A DNA stretch of 61,629 nt, counting the filler, from Choristocarpus tenellus KU-1152 (lineage: Eukaryota > Protista > Phaeophyceae), in NCBI GenBank assembly GCA_964200185.2. It is 9 parts of 9 records of this genome, joined end to end, with 100 filler letters (N's around TTAATTAATTAA, not from the genome) between each part and the next. Parts side by side here need not be neighbours in the genome. Positions count along the whole stretch, not along the records: positions 46,643 to 53,864 come from CAXNAD020006514.1; positions 53,965 to 57,863 come from CAXNAD020017258.1; positions 57,964 to 61,629 come from CAXNAD020018631.1; 6 more parts are not named here. One strand, 5' to 3'. Below are positions 49,801 to 61,629 of the stretch, piece after piece (within the stretch, counting starts at the first letter, position 1; each line of letters begins with the position of its first letter). The notes beneath the pieces were generated by a model. The model made no database searches. It was not told where the DNA came from and was given only the letters and a program-made list of their open reading frames with translations. Position numbers and translations under genes: made by a program.

Positions 49801-52800
49801 GAAGCGTTCTTCCCCTGTATGTGAACTCCCTGCCTATTGAACTCCAATGTTGCATTGCCTGTAAACCAAGGACCTAGCCCCAAAACTAAGGAAGAGGCAA
49901 TGCGAAGATACCTTTCCCGGCAATATCCAACCCTGGCTGAATTCTTTGTTGTTGTGCTGCTGGACTTGGAGGATCAGTCATGAGAGAACAGCAGAAGGAG
50001 ATAGTGCGGTGTGCTTTATTGCAGGGGTTATCGGATCCTGATGATGAAGGGATGTCTGCCAGTGGTGGTCCAATGATGACCTTTGAGGGGGGTGGTAAGG
50101 CTATTAGCTCCTTTCTCTGTTGGTGTTCAGGGCATTTATGTGTTTTTTATGGGTCGCTTACAGCAGCAATTCCAAGAATCCCTACCAATATTGTATTGCA
50201 CACAAAGGAAGATGCGCTTTATTTCCAAGAATTGATAGGAGATTGCTTGCTTTGACAAGGTAACCCAATATATAAAGATGTTTCTTATTTTTGTGCACGT
50301 TTAAGGCTAAAGATGCTTTTTGCTTGGGCAGGACAGGTAGCACCAGAGCCGTTCACTCAAGTATTTGATTTTTACAAAGTCCAACTGTTTATGCAACTCT
50401 TTGGCATCTATGTTGTTGTCTCTTCATGTGATTGTCTTACCATGTCGTAACTATCCCCAAGGTCCAGTACCTCAACCTAATGACGTTCTGAATCTTACAC
50501 GGAAACTACTCTGTGAGTATGTTGAAGCAACTTTGATTACAAATGCCCCATGAACTCCCAAGCAATTTGGGTAGGTAATCACCATTGCCACTGTGCTGCA
50601 AGTTATGATGGGTATTACAATCTTGATACCACACGAGAAAAACAATTTATGTGGCTGCGTATGGTTGCACCCATACACACACACACACATACACATACAC
50701 ACACAACACTATTGGTTTGCTCTGTGTCATGAAGAATATTCTTCGGACGTGACCTTCTACCCTCCAGCTTATAGACATGTGTGTTACCTGTCCTTGACCT
50801 TTGGACTCACACTATCCCTTCCCTGTGGTTGTCCAACCGCCCCCACTCTCACCTTTTTGGAAAATTATGGTAAAGGGAGTGGGTATGGGGAGGAGGGGGG
50901 AAGAGGATCCGTCCGTCATGGTATAAGGCGAAGGTGAGCTTGGTAGTGAGCAAAGGTGCATGTAGTGCAGTTTGAAGGTTTTCTTGCGTAGTGCTATGAA
51001 TGCATCAAAGGCTGTCCAAAATTGATTTCTCTTTGATCTCTACATCTCTCTATGGTGGATGCCTTGTTGTACCTTGGCAAGAGTTGGACATGGATTTATT
51101 GGTGCTGGATTAGAGGTAGGATCAAAGTTAAGTTTTTGAATGGAATGAGAGAGCCGAAATGTTTGAGATAAATCGCATTTGGGCAAGAGGTTGCAATTGA
51201 GTCCATTGACCGACACTATTGAGTCAACATATCTTAGAGTGTAGAGCCGCGTCTGTTCGGTTGCAATTTTGATGTAATTTTGGCTATCGTATTTGTTAGG
51301 AAGTGTCAATATCCTTGTTCCGGACACACCTTTTCATACCTACTCCAAAACGTAAACATTTTTCCTACTCCGAAACATTTCAGAGTAGGCAAAATGTCAT
51401 TAAGAAACCCTTGGGAAGCCATGCCCCAAACGGACAAACAGGGCAAAACTCGTACCCTCTAAGATACTTCACTCATTCCTAACGCAACTGCCCAGTTTTA
51501 TCCCATTAATATTGATGTTGAAACAAAGCCCATTGTTCAGTGGTTAATTACCAGTCACACCAAGCAATTGTTAGTGGGGTCACACTTACAATAGAGTAGT
51601 GAATTCATGACAAACCATGTATCATAATTCTTTGCTATGAACACATGTATGCATCCGGATCCCTATGCCATTTCTTCTCTCATACTAATCTCCCACATCT
51701 CTGACTCCTCATCCCCCCCCTCCCCTTGCCAATGACCTTTGCTGTAGGTTGCTGGATGTATTTGATGCACCCAGAGGGGGAGTGAATGCTGCACCAAGCC
51801 AACGCCTTCTTTCATTAATGGGTGACATGTTTGATTCACGCACTGCCAGAGAGTGGCTGCGGTATGCACCATATCTACTCCTTCGCCCGTCAGAGGACAC
51901 CCCCGGGTACGAAAGGGTGATAATGGGATTTGAAGACAGAGATGACTTCTTAGTATCACTTGCTGAAGTACCAGCTTTTGTCAATTGGAGTTCTCCAGAG
52001 CGTGTATGTCTATATTTTATCAATACAGCCTGCGGTTACGACGTTACCATTGGTAGTTAGATTTGACTCTAGCCCTAGACACTTTCTTAGGCATGTAATC
52101 CTAATACCCAACATGATTCACATTGCCAAACCTCCCGCCCACCTGGTGAGGACAGTTATGCTTCGAATCTCTTTAAGAAGGGCCTGGGGGACTGCCAGTT
52201 TGTCGACATGCCAGTGGCTCCAGGAGCTGGGGGGATTGACCTACGTCCTATGGAACCCGTTTTTTCCTTTGCATCTCTTGCTGCATCCCAGGTACACCTA
52301 TATGAAAATTGAAATTCTTGGAGTATATGAATACTCCAGAGAACTGCAGATTAGATGTGCAGGGGTATAAGTTCTTACAGTTGATTGATTCTTGGAGTAG
52401 TTGATTAGTTTCGTTGGTAAGGATTGGCAATCTGAATGATGCTAGGAACGTGAGAACCTAGTTTTTAGCTCACAACCCCTACAAGAAACCCACCTTTCAC
52501 TGCATCGCACAATCATATATTCTGTGGAGTAAAAACATCATTTACAGAGTGTTTTCTTTTTATTTGTACCGCTTTTCAGTTCAATTCACCTGTCTCTTCC
52601 ACAGATTAGTTCGCCCCCATCAAAACCCCCACTGTCACCCTGACTTGCCTTCATCCAGTTTACCCTTGATCACATTCTTCATACCCCTTTATCTTCTCCA
52701 CCATCCTCCCTCTTATTCCCTCAACAATAGTTGGGGGAAGGTAGATGGAAAAGTGATATTAAGAATGGGTGCCACTACATGCAACATGCACTTGAACTTC

Positions 52801-53271
52801 AAAAGGCATGGTATCTACCACTCACGGACCACTAGGAGTATGATCCCATTCTTTAAAATGTGCTCTTGTAGAATGATACATGCTTCAGAGTGGTCTCTAG
52901 ATCAAGTTGGGGGAGATGGCTGGACCCCAAACACCAACCCCCTAACCTTTCCTCCTCTCAACTTCCTATCTCAAACTAGGACATTGCATTGGAAGGACTC
53001 ACTCAAGATGGGGCACGAGGATCGTACGGGACACTCACCACTGATATAAATGAGAGACAGACAGGCATGCTTAGAGCTACCCAGGCATACCTCTGGTCTC
53101 AAACGCAAGCCCTGGGTGCTGGAGGTGGGATAAACCGCCATGATAGTGGCGTCCGTGCTAGTTCAGGGATTGCCGCAGTTCAGGAAACAAGAGAAGCAGG
53201 CGATGTGGGGAAACATGTGACCATTTTTCCGTCCCAGACGCAGACCAAGATGCTCGCTCCAAAAAGGACAG
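46821..53271 (+). CDS. PRKDC: DNA-dependent protein kinase catalytic subunit, internal exons (M-HEAT to ABCDE cluster)
   Basis: In-phase exons 46821-46943, 47391-47545, 48008-48197, 49045-49273, 49978-50094, 50876-50933, 51748-51952, 52980-53271: RFLHALSTVAYSFP, HRDCREVVY, LLQGLSD, WLRYAPYLLL, MLRATQ..SQTQ run colinear with recalled DNA-PKcs motifs KFIVCLNKVTKSFP, CREQMY, LxxGLxD, IRATQ..TLTQ. Confidence 0.85.
51221..51474 (-). mobile_element. MITE family A, copy 5 (PRKDC intron)
   Basis: TIRs; TSD ATT/ATT. Confidence 0.88.
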
Positions 53272-53526
53272 GTGCTTGTTTTGTACATGAAGTGACGAAG
53301 TTTTTCTTTAGAGCAAAGGCTAGAGGAGGACCAACAACAGTCATTTGTTGATGAACTTCTATATTACCTATCCTTTGTAGTCCCTAATACACTTTTTTTG
53401 TGGTACCTGCTTCCCTTTTCCCCACCCCATTAGTTGTAGTTATTTGAACCCTTGTGGATGCTATGGATGTTGCATAATGTTGCTTACTAATCCAAGTTCT
53501 CTTCTTCAGTTTTTGGCTCAGTTTCA

Positions 53527-53804
53527 GAGCCAAAGTATCTTTAGAGGGTAGAGTCAGGTCTGTTTGGGGACCAAAGTCCAATGGTTTTTTTAATGTAATT
53601 TTGGCTATCGTTTTTGTTAGGAAGTATCATTGTCCTTGTTCCGGACACACCTTTTCATAACATACACATTTTACCTACTCCAAAACATTTTAGAATAGGA
53701 AAATGTAAAAAAAAACGTGGGAAGCCAAACCCCAAATGGACAAAGAGGGCAAAATTCGTACCCTCTAAAATACCCTGCTCATACCCTCTAAAATACCTTC
53801 ACTC
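53527..53804 (-). mobile_element. MITE family A, copy 6 (PRKDC intron)
   Basis: TIRs; TSD TCA/TCA; right subterminal TACCCTCTAAAATACC duplicated. Confidence 0.88.
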
Positions 53805-53976
53805 TCAGGTGGCCGTTTCCCCCCCCCATCCCCACATGAAACCCTACAGGGCCGACCCAAGGCGNNNNNNNNNNNNNNNNNNNNNNNNNNNNNNNNNNNN
53901 NNNNNNNNTTAATTAATTAANNNNNNNNNNNNNNNNNNNNNNNNNNNNNNNNNNNNNNNNNNNNGGTTAACCTAAA

Positions 53977-54156
53977 GGACCCGAAGTATCGGAGGGGGGG
54001 GGGGGGTCTAGACCAGGGTGTCCATTTAGACCAAAATCAGGAAAAGTGCATTTATAGTATCCATCCGACTTACACAACCAATTCACCCAAAAATCGCGAC
54101 ATGAAGAAAATGACCCCAAATGGACAGCTGCCACCCCCTCCCAGATAATTTGAGCC
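53977..54156. mobile_element. MITE family B, 180 bp
   Basis: GGACCCGAAGTATC..GATAATTTGAGCC; TSD AAA/AAA. Confidence 0.8.
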
Positions 54157-54169
54157 AAATTCCCATCAG

Positions 54170-54820
54170 GAACTGACTCCAGCACTTGGTCACCACCATG
54201 GAGGTATCTCCAAGGGGGAAAGTGTTCTCCTATCACAGCCCAGAGCCCCGGGGACAGAAGAGACATTTAGGGTGGTGATGGTTCCAAAGCACCCAAATGA
54301 GAATCCACACGACCTTGGGCAAGCAATAATGGAAGCAAAAGAAGTTAGAAAGGGATACAGGGTCTGGGGAACAACAATAATTGCCCGCCTCAGGGGGAGC
54401 ACAACCCCACCTCCCTTTGGAAGGCCTTCATAAGAGCAAACAGCAACTCCGCACCAGGACCAACGGGATGTGCCCCAGCTATAATCAATCAGTTATCACA
54501 ACAGATGTTGGCCATGAAGAAGCGGTGGAGGCGTTTGCTAAGCTTTGGGGGCTTGCCTACACCTCCTCCAGACTCTTTACCTCCTGAGTTTTGGTCAAAC
54601 TCTACTCTACTTCCAGACCGTCTGCAATTGGGGAGAAGTGTCGCCTGTGGTTCTTTCTTTAGAAGGGTATATGCTTCAGTCTTCTGTGCAGACTGGCACC
54701 CCTACCTGGAGGAAAATTTCAGAGGAATGGGGCATTTTGGTGTTGGGGTCCAAAAAATGGGTTTGACAGTACCCTACTGGATGCTCGGCAATGGCATGAG
54801 TGTGATGAACGGGTCATGAG
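54170..54820 (+). pseudogene. Non-LTR retrotransposon (CRE-like) reverse transcriptase remnant
   Basis: RSVACGSFFRRV...GHFGVGVQKMG resembles RPIAxGxxxRRL...QxGVGxxxG of CRE-clade RTs. Confidence 0.6.
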
Positions 54821-56859
54821 CCTAGATATAAATAATACAGAAAAGGACTAAGAAAAAAAAAGAAGTGATCAAGTATCACAAGTACATAATTGTAGAGAGA
54901 CCTTGATTTCTTTCTCAACTACACTGCAAGATACTAGTACGTAAAACATGCATTACCCCATAGTTTTCTCAAATAGAAAGTTGGGGAGTAGGTTAAGCAA
55001 AAAATAGCACTTGGTGGAAAACGGGTAGTGGAATGAGCATTAGAAATATCTGATTGCTGACTTCTGGAAAATGGTAGCAAGAATAAGGCATCTTGCTGAC
55101 AGTACAGAGAATACTATAAAAATAAAATAGCTTTCTCAGAGATTCAAGAGGGTGGCAAATATCCAATTTTGATCATTTGAAGCAGAACACTAGATGGAGT
55201 GATCATACTTCCAGACCACCTCTCAGGACCAGGGCCACAGGCCAGTCCACAGACTGGTTCAGTTACAATCTCTCTGACCAGTCCCATTAAACCATGTTTC
55301 ACCAGGGCTGGCCGTGACCCTGACCAGACGGGCTCGAATATGAGAGAGCCCTAGACCAGCCCTGTTAAAAGATTCTTCACCAATGCCAACCTGCGGCCCC
55401 ATCTGGTTTTAAATCTCTGATAACCCAGTAATTATCCCGATAAAAAAATCTTACCGAGGCCATCCCAAGGCATGTTATGATGACTTTACCCAGTCCAGTC
55501 AAAATCCCTACTTTCTAAACTCTGTGAATCATAGACATGTGACTCCAGAGCACACCTAAAATTTATGTGAATATCATCATTGACATCCTAGGGTACCTGG
55601 ATAGGTAGGTAGGTAAGCAGGTAGGTACTCAAAAACATGTACAGATTATATATTTTATATACAACAGTACACATAGACACTGAATCTTTTGTATTTTCAT
55701 AGCAATTATACAATATAAATAAGAAACATTACAACACTTTCAGTACGGGTGTCATCAACATCAATATAAAATAAAATAACACAAAACAACACTCTGCTAG
55801 TCCTCTATCCCCTCGATAATAATAATTCCAACCGCAACCAGATTGTTCTTATTCTTATTTCCATATTATACTATATATTTTGTTCAGACTACAGCATATA
55901 TTTCAGTCTACATTATTGTTCTCCCCTCCCCCCCCAACCCCTCTCCCTCTTCTGATTTTGTACTGACATACCAAAATATGAACTCACCAACTAGATAACC
56001 CCATTTCTCTCACCACTAGAGGAGGGTTCCTGTGACGCACCATCATAGATGAAAATCACCCAGTTGCCATCCAGGTAGAAAGAGATCGTACCCAAAACCA
56101 ATAGAACAGACGCCTCCACCATCTCCATGTCTCCAAGAACCAGAAGCACTGTATTGGTCGGTCCTCAAACACAAAATATCAGCACAGAAGAGCCATGCCA
56201 GTCATGTAGGGGACATAGATAGGGTCAGGGCTTACTAGGCAATACAGTGTGACGATGAAAGAAACTGTTGAAGGTGTGTTGGGTGATACCTTACACCATC
56301 AGGGATGTACCCTATATTGTCATCTAGACCCGTCAACCACCCCAAATTAGGCAAAATTTATCTCATCTCCTATTGTCAAAATAGTGACCCAACACAATGT
56401 GGAAAACTAACCCTACAAATAGTAAATCCCATTACATTTACTAATAATGAAACCCTAACCTCCATTTGTTGGAATGTTACTGCATGGTGTTCTGCATGTG
56501 CGGAGATGTGAAGTGTGTCTGGTTGTCAATGCATAGAGCAATGGCTAACAAGCATATCTTGCTTGTGACTGAGAAACCCATCCATAGCAACACTACTACA
56601 CCAGTCATTGTTAAAAAAAAAATCTTCCACAAGGTCACTCCCACTCTCACTGTCATTTCAACACTTACCAGTTCCTACTTGCAATATTACATTCAAGTGG
56701 AGCTAGCAACAAAATATTTAAGTGCTCCACATTTTGTTCCTGCAACAATTTCACAATCGCCCCGATAAAATACACACATATCAAGACCAAGCGCCTTCCT
56801 CATGCTCTCCTCTCTCTGCATCTCTAATTAAATAACATTTCTCACTCTAGTATCAGAGT

Positions 56860-57392
56860 CATCATCGGTATCATGATGATTGTTATTGTGATCAGTATCA
56901 GTATCCCTTCAGTTCCCCTACACACTTAGTGGTTTCATCGAGTATACTACTACACACTCGTAAGATACCATTAATGGTTTTCAATTCTTCTGTGCAGTTA
57001 TCCCTGCAAGTATCAATACCTGTATCAGTATCACCATCGGTATCACCATTGGTATGGTGAGGATCGTGATCGTGATCATGATCGTGATCGTGGTCAGTAT
57101 GCCTTCAGTTCCCCTGCACTGTCGGCGGTTTCATCTAGTATACTACTACACACGCGCAAGATACTATTAATTCTTCTGTGCAGTACCAGTACCAGTACCA
57201 GTATCGGTATCGGTATCGTGATCGTGACCATGGTCATTACCCCTTCAGTTTCCCTGCACTGTCGACGGTTTAATTCGTTTGACAAGCTCTAGCTCAGGTC
57301 TAGAGCTACGGCGGGAGCTAGGGCTGGAGCTAGGGCTGGAGCTAGGGTTAGGATAAGGCTAGGGCTAGAGCTAGGGTTTGGGCTACGGCTAG
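56860..57392. repeat. Triplicated unit with hexamer microsatellites, followed by telomere-like (CTAGGG/TTAGGG) tract
   Basis: CCTTCAGTTCCCCT.. at 56905, 57102, 57241; GCTAGGG/GTTAGG repeats at 57300-57392. Confidence 0.8.
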
Positions 57393-58239
57393 TCCTCATT
57401 GTAAGCAATTTTATATAGATGGCATCCATCCAGTTGATTGCATTGGTCGTTCATGTATTATTTGTGTTGCCACCTTTAGCAAAAACGATATGTATAGAAA
57501 TAAATCTCCCACGGTCCCCTTCTATGTGCATATGTGCATGTAGGTGAACATGGGCCGCTAGGTGAGATGATAGATAGGTAGTAAGTACTCTAGAGGTCCA
57601 TTATAATAAGCAGTGGTGTATAATTTGTGTTGATGATAGTGAAAGCAAGCATAGATGTATGGCGCAGTTGCGGGGCACGATGATGATCGAGGGATGGTCG
57701 GACAAGGAAGGCGAAAAGGGAAAGGAAGGCAGAAAGGCATGAAGGAAGGCAGGCAGGCAGGCAGGCAGGCGGTGAAAAGATGACGCGCGTGATAAGAGAC
57801 GTAAACAAAAGGAACAGCACTGGGGCTTCCCACGTGGTCCCCCACCGTAGTACTAGCCCGGCCNNNNNNNNNNNNNNNNNNNNNNNNNNNNNNNNNNNNN
57901 NNNNNNNTTAATTAATTAANNNNNNNNNNNNNNNNNNNNNNNNNNNNNNNNNNNNNNNNNNNNCTTCAAAAGTGCCAAAACATTTCCAAAAAAAGGACAT
58001 ATCCCGGGCCCTTCCAAGTGCAAAAACATTTGCAAAAAAAAAACTTTCGGTACTTTTTCAAGACTGTTTTCGCAGAACAACCATCCTCATAGCCCCGCTC
58101 CATCCTCAATTTTTAAAATCCACTTTTCATAGAAAAGGCCTCCATGTCTGCTTTCAGCCTATTTTCAAGCTCACCAAACAACTGCCTCTTCCTTACCCCT
58201 ATGTGTTCCACACTAAAGTCATTCCCCCCTTTGTATCTA

Positions 58240-58770
58240 AGTACTTGATTCTACACCACCACAACACGGAACTGCCAAGCCCTCTCAAGTATGGTTTCAC
58301 CATACTCCTCACACTGTTTCTTAATGACCTTCACCATCTCCTCAACGGACCCAAACCGCTCCCCCATCACCTGGCACTTGAAAGACCTGAAGAAGCACAG
58401 GTCCATGATATTGGGGTCGGGGGAGTTAGATGGCTGCGTCACAAGACTAATCGACCACCCCTCAGTCTTCCCTGCCCCTGACAAGATTTCTGAGTTTCCC
58501 TTGCCCGTGTGGGGGGTGGCACCAGCTTGCTGAACGACAACGTGCTCCCCGTGCAACCAAGGCATCTTGGTCTTGATTGCAGGCAGTTACTCCTCCATGT
58601 ACCACTTCCTGTACCACAAATGGTATAAAGTACAATCCTGCTTATACGCATCCCCCTTTTAATGGTTCTTGCTTGTCATGTCTGCCGTTTTGGCGCACAC
58701 ACATGCCAAACACCAAGTTTTCCATCAATGCTGTGAGTCGAATCTGGGCGGGCATTGGCTGTAATGACTC
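58240..58770 (-). pseudogene. DD39D (plant-type) mariner transposase fragment
   Basis: VVVQQAGATPH...QPSNSPDPNIMDLCFFRS matches QQDNAxPH..QPPNSPDLNVLDLGFF. Confidence 0.85.
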
Positions 58771-59099
58771 TCGTGCTGCACAGTAGGGGACCCTGGAAGG
58801 TCGCTATCATCGTCATGTGGAAATACCCTAACAAGTCAAAGTATCTTAGAGAGTATGCGCTGTTCTCGCTCGGCAAGCCCAGATGTCTCACGGCACAAAC
58901 TTCTGGCACAGAGGTAGTATTATTGTATTATTATTATTTGTAGTAGTAGTAGAGAGATGGATATAGTGTAAGTTTTCGAGGGCATAGATCACAAAATTGA
59001 AATCGTTGAGTGAAAAAGAGAAAACGCCAAGGAGAATTTGTTGTATCCCACACCATAAACAACATAATGTCGGAAGTTGGGGGCAGAGTGCAATCGTTT

Positions 59100-59650
59100 G
59101 TTGAACTTAGATCTCCTCAGGTGGACGAGGTAGAGATGAGCTTCTGCATCTACTCACCTTCACCCGAGTTTCCTTGCAACAAAAAGTCAGATATATGTCG
59201 GACAAAGCTACACTTGGCCAGGCCAACTACATGTTTGAGAGCCTGCACTTCTCAAACTGTCCATTCTGACACTCAGTGCAATCGCAGTAGAGACATTTAG
59301 TAGTACTCTTCTGAACAACAGGCAATGGTGTGATTAGCTGCCACCACTGTCGGGCAATCATTGCCCACTCTAGCAGCTGATCACTGACCTGACAAAATTC
59401 ACACCGTTCAATGCTCTATCACTATACTACCTGTTCACGATATCCTTCTCCAAACGATGGAGTGCTCATGGCTGCCCAAACTCACAGTGAACTAATTTTA
59501 CATCATGTTGTCGCATTCCACCGTAAGTCTCCTTGAACGAGGAAAACTTCAGGTCAGGTTGATAGATAATCCCTTACGGGATCTGCTCAATGTAATTGAC
59601 TTCTAGGGCATGCCAAGTTTTACCTCAATTTTCTACTTATCTCCACTTAT
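59100..59650 (+). pseudogene. Possible highly decayed copia integrase region
   Basis: Faint SD.., EQQ/NGV and YLF traces across frames only. Confidence 0.25.
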
Positions 59651-60309
59651 ACTAGACCTTCCCCTCCTGCCCATCTGTGGTATCAAATATTTCCAACACT
59701 ATTAAAGAGCAGCACGGTGTCTGGAGCACCCAACTTCAGCATGGCACCCCAACACACAACAATTCAAAGTTTGAGTAATCATCACCACATTACTTCAAAA
59801 ACTCTGTTCATGAAATCTGATCCAAACACCACCAAACTGACCACGAGAAAGACATTGCCAACCTCACCCTCACAAGATTCAGGTGGGACTTTAGAGGTTT
59901 TGACCAGAAATCGATGATGGCACCCTTTTCTAGCAGAGCGTGGTGGGGTCACAAGGGTGTTGGTGCAGTGGACTTGGACTCTCTCATGTATGTGTATGTA
60001 TGCATGCATATATGTATTTATGTATTAATATGTACTATTTATGTATGTGCTCCCTCTGTCCTGTAAGTCTGGACCCTTACGTTGTAGCACTCTGGGATGA
60101 CCTCCAACTACAAAACGGACCTTTGCGTCGGATTCCTTGGGATATTTTCATGAAAATGCTATTCATCAACTTTTTTCGACACTGTCAACCCACCAATACA
60201 GGGCAGACGCAGAAGCCGCTCTATCTGCTTTAACTGTTCTAGCCCACCCACCCTCCCATTGCCTTTTTTGGTCCTGGTGTGCTCTACCTCGAAATCGTTC
60301 CCTCCCAGC

Positions 60310-61310
60310 CCCCTTATCACCTTATTGTACCTCTTAAATAGACTCTGCTACACCCTCTCGAATGTGTCTGCGCTGTACATGTGGAACATGCTTGAAACCC
60401 CATGTACAAGCTCATCAATGGTGCCGTAATGTTCCCACAAACCCTGATCTTCAGAGATGCAAAAAGCCCCATATCATTGATGTTGAGATCTGGCAACTGC
60501 ACTAGCTGCGCCACAAGCTTAACGTTCCATCCCCCCTCCATTCCTGCTGCGTCCAGCTTCTGCACTGTGCCTTTGCCCGTATGCAGGGTCATGCTGTCCT
60601 GCTTTATGGAGCCCCCTCCCCAATTCCAGTCACAGCATTTTTCCCTTGATCGCTGACAACAGCTGCTCCATGTACCACTCCAGGTACCCCTCAGCATTGA
60701 TGGCGACTTGACCTTGTACTCCTCGCCCTTCATGTGCTGCGCTGTAGTCCATTGTGCCTCCTTTGTGATGCAAACCCGCCAGATCCCAATGTTACTATCG
60801 AAATCATGGGAATGATCTGGGAGCAAAACTGGAGATGAACATCACTTTGGGAATGTGACTCTTGTGCTTCACCTTCGTGGAGGCCATCTATTCCTCCCCC
60901 GAGAACATGCGCACCATATCTCGTTCGCTGATTAGATAGAACCACGCCTCATTGATGTGAGTGGTGTTGAGGCCAGTCCTGTAAGTCTTACAGTTGTGGG
61001 AGATTTGGTCGAGGATGAAGTCCACCCTGTTCTTCTTGTGAGAAAATGAGGGCTAGATGTGTCGCACCACTGAACCCTCATTGCCTTCAAGGCTTCGAGC
61101 CAGTGTGAAGCTTTGAGGGACCGACTGTGAGGCCCACTTTGGCGAGCTTGGCGGAAAGTTGGTTGATGGTCAGCGTGCGATTACTGGTGTTGATTTCTCG
61201 GATCTTCGCTTGTTTTGTTGGCGTGAAGTCCAACAGCTGTCCAGATCGTGCTTGTGATTTCAGGAAGACGATATCCCCTTGTCTAACTGTTATTTGACAT
61301 GTGCCCACAC
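60310..61310 (-). pseudogene. DD39D mariner transposase remnant, second copy
   Basis: HINEAWFYL (HIDEKWF equivalent), IKQDSMTLH, LPDLNINDMGLFASLK; multiple frameshifts. Confidence 0.85.
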
Positions 61311-61629
61311 CCGTCTAGGGTGTCTCTCCCACTCCAAATCCTTTCTCGCCAATTTAGACTACACATGCTCAGGGAGCCTCTCGTGACCCAGAGGAAGAGC
61401 CAATGCGTAATTTAGAGCAAGTGCAGTCTGGCTTTCCTCGGTTGGCTCACAGTTCTTTTTGGAATTCTTTGTAGAATTCTTTGAAATATAGTTTTTTTGT
61501 GAATATTCCAAGGAATCCAACGCAAAAGTCCGTTTTGTAATCAGAGGTCATCCCGAAGAGGTTCAAATCAACAGCCCAAACTTACGGGACAAAGGCAGTA
61601 TGTATGCATGTATGTATGTATGTATGTAT

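Overview
Eukaryotic, intron-rich, transposon-rich DNA, most likely a stramenopile such as a brown alga or close relative (inferred from gene and TE content, not proven). The window is not contiguous: eight artificial 100-bp spacers (N44-TTAATTAATTAA-N44) join nine contigs whose true adjacency is unknown. Host genes: 5' part of Tudor-SN/SND1 (+), a kinesin (-), a protein with a GLEBS-like motif plus ubiquitin-like domain (+), a C3HC4 RING protein with a 5x repeated motif (-), 3' exons of a PP4R1-like HEAT protein (-), and eight internal exons of DNA-PKcs (+). Mobile DNA: decayed intron-containing Sola2-type transposase genes; about 15 copies or ends of two MITE families sharing the terminus GRNNNAAAGTATCT, mostly with 3-bp TSDs; two DD39D mariner remnants; a pogo-like end; gypsy gag, copia pol and CRE-like RT remnants. 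The best candidate for an undescribed system is a spliced ParB/Srx-like pseudogene next to a 233-bp tandem array and a Sola2 transposase fragment, possibly a large cargo-carrying Sola2 element. All family assignments come from manual motif recognition; no database searches were run.
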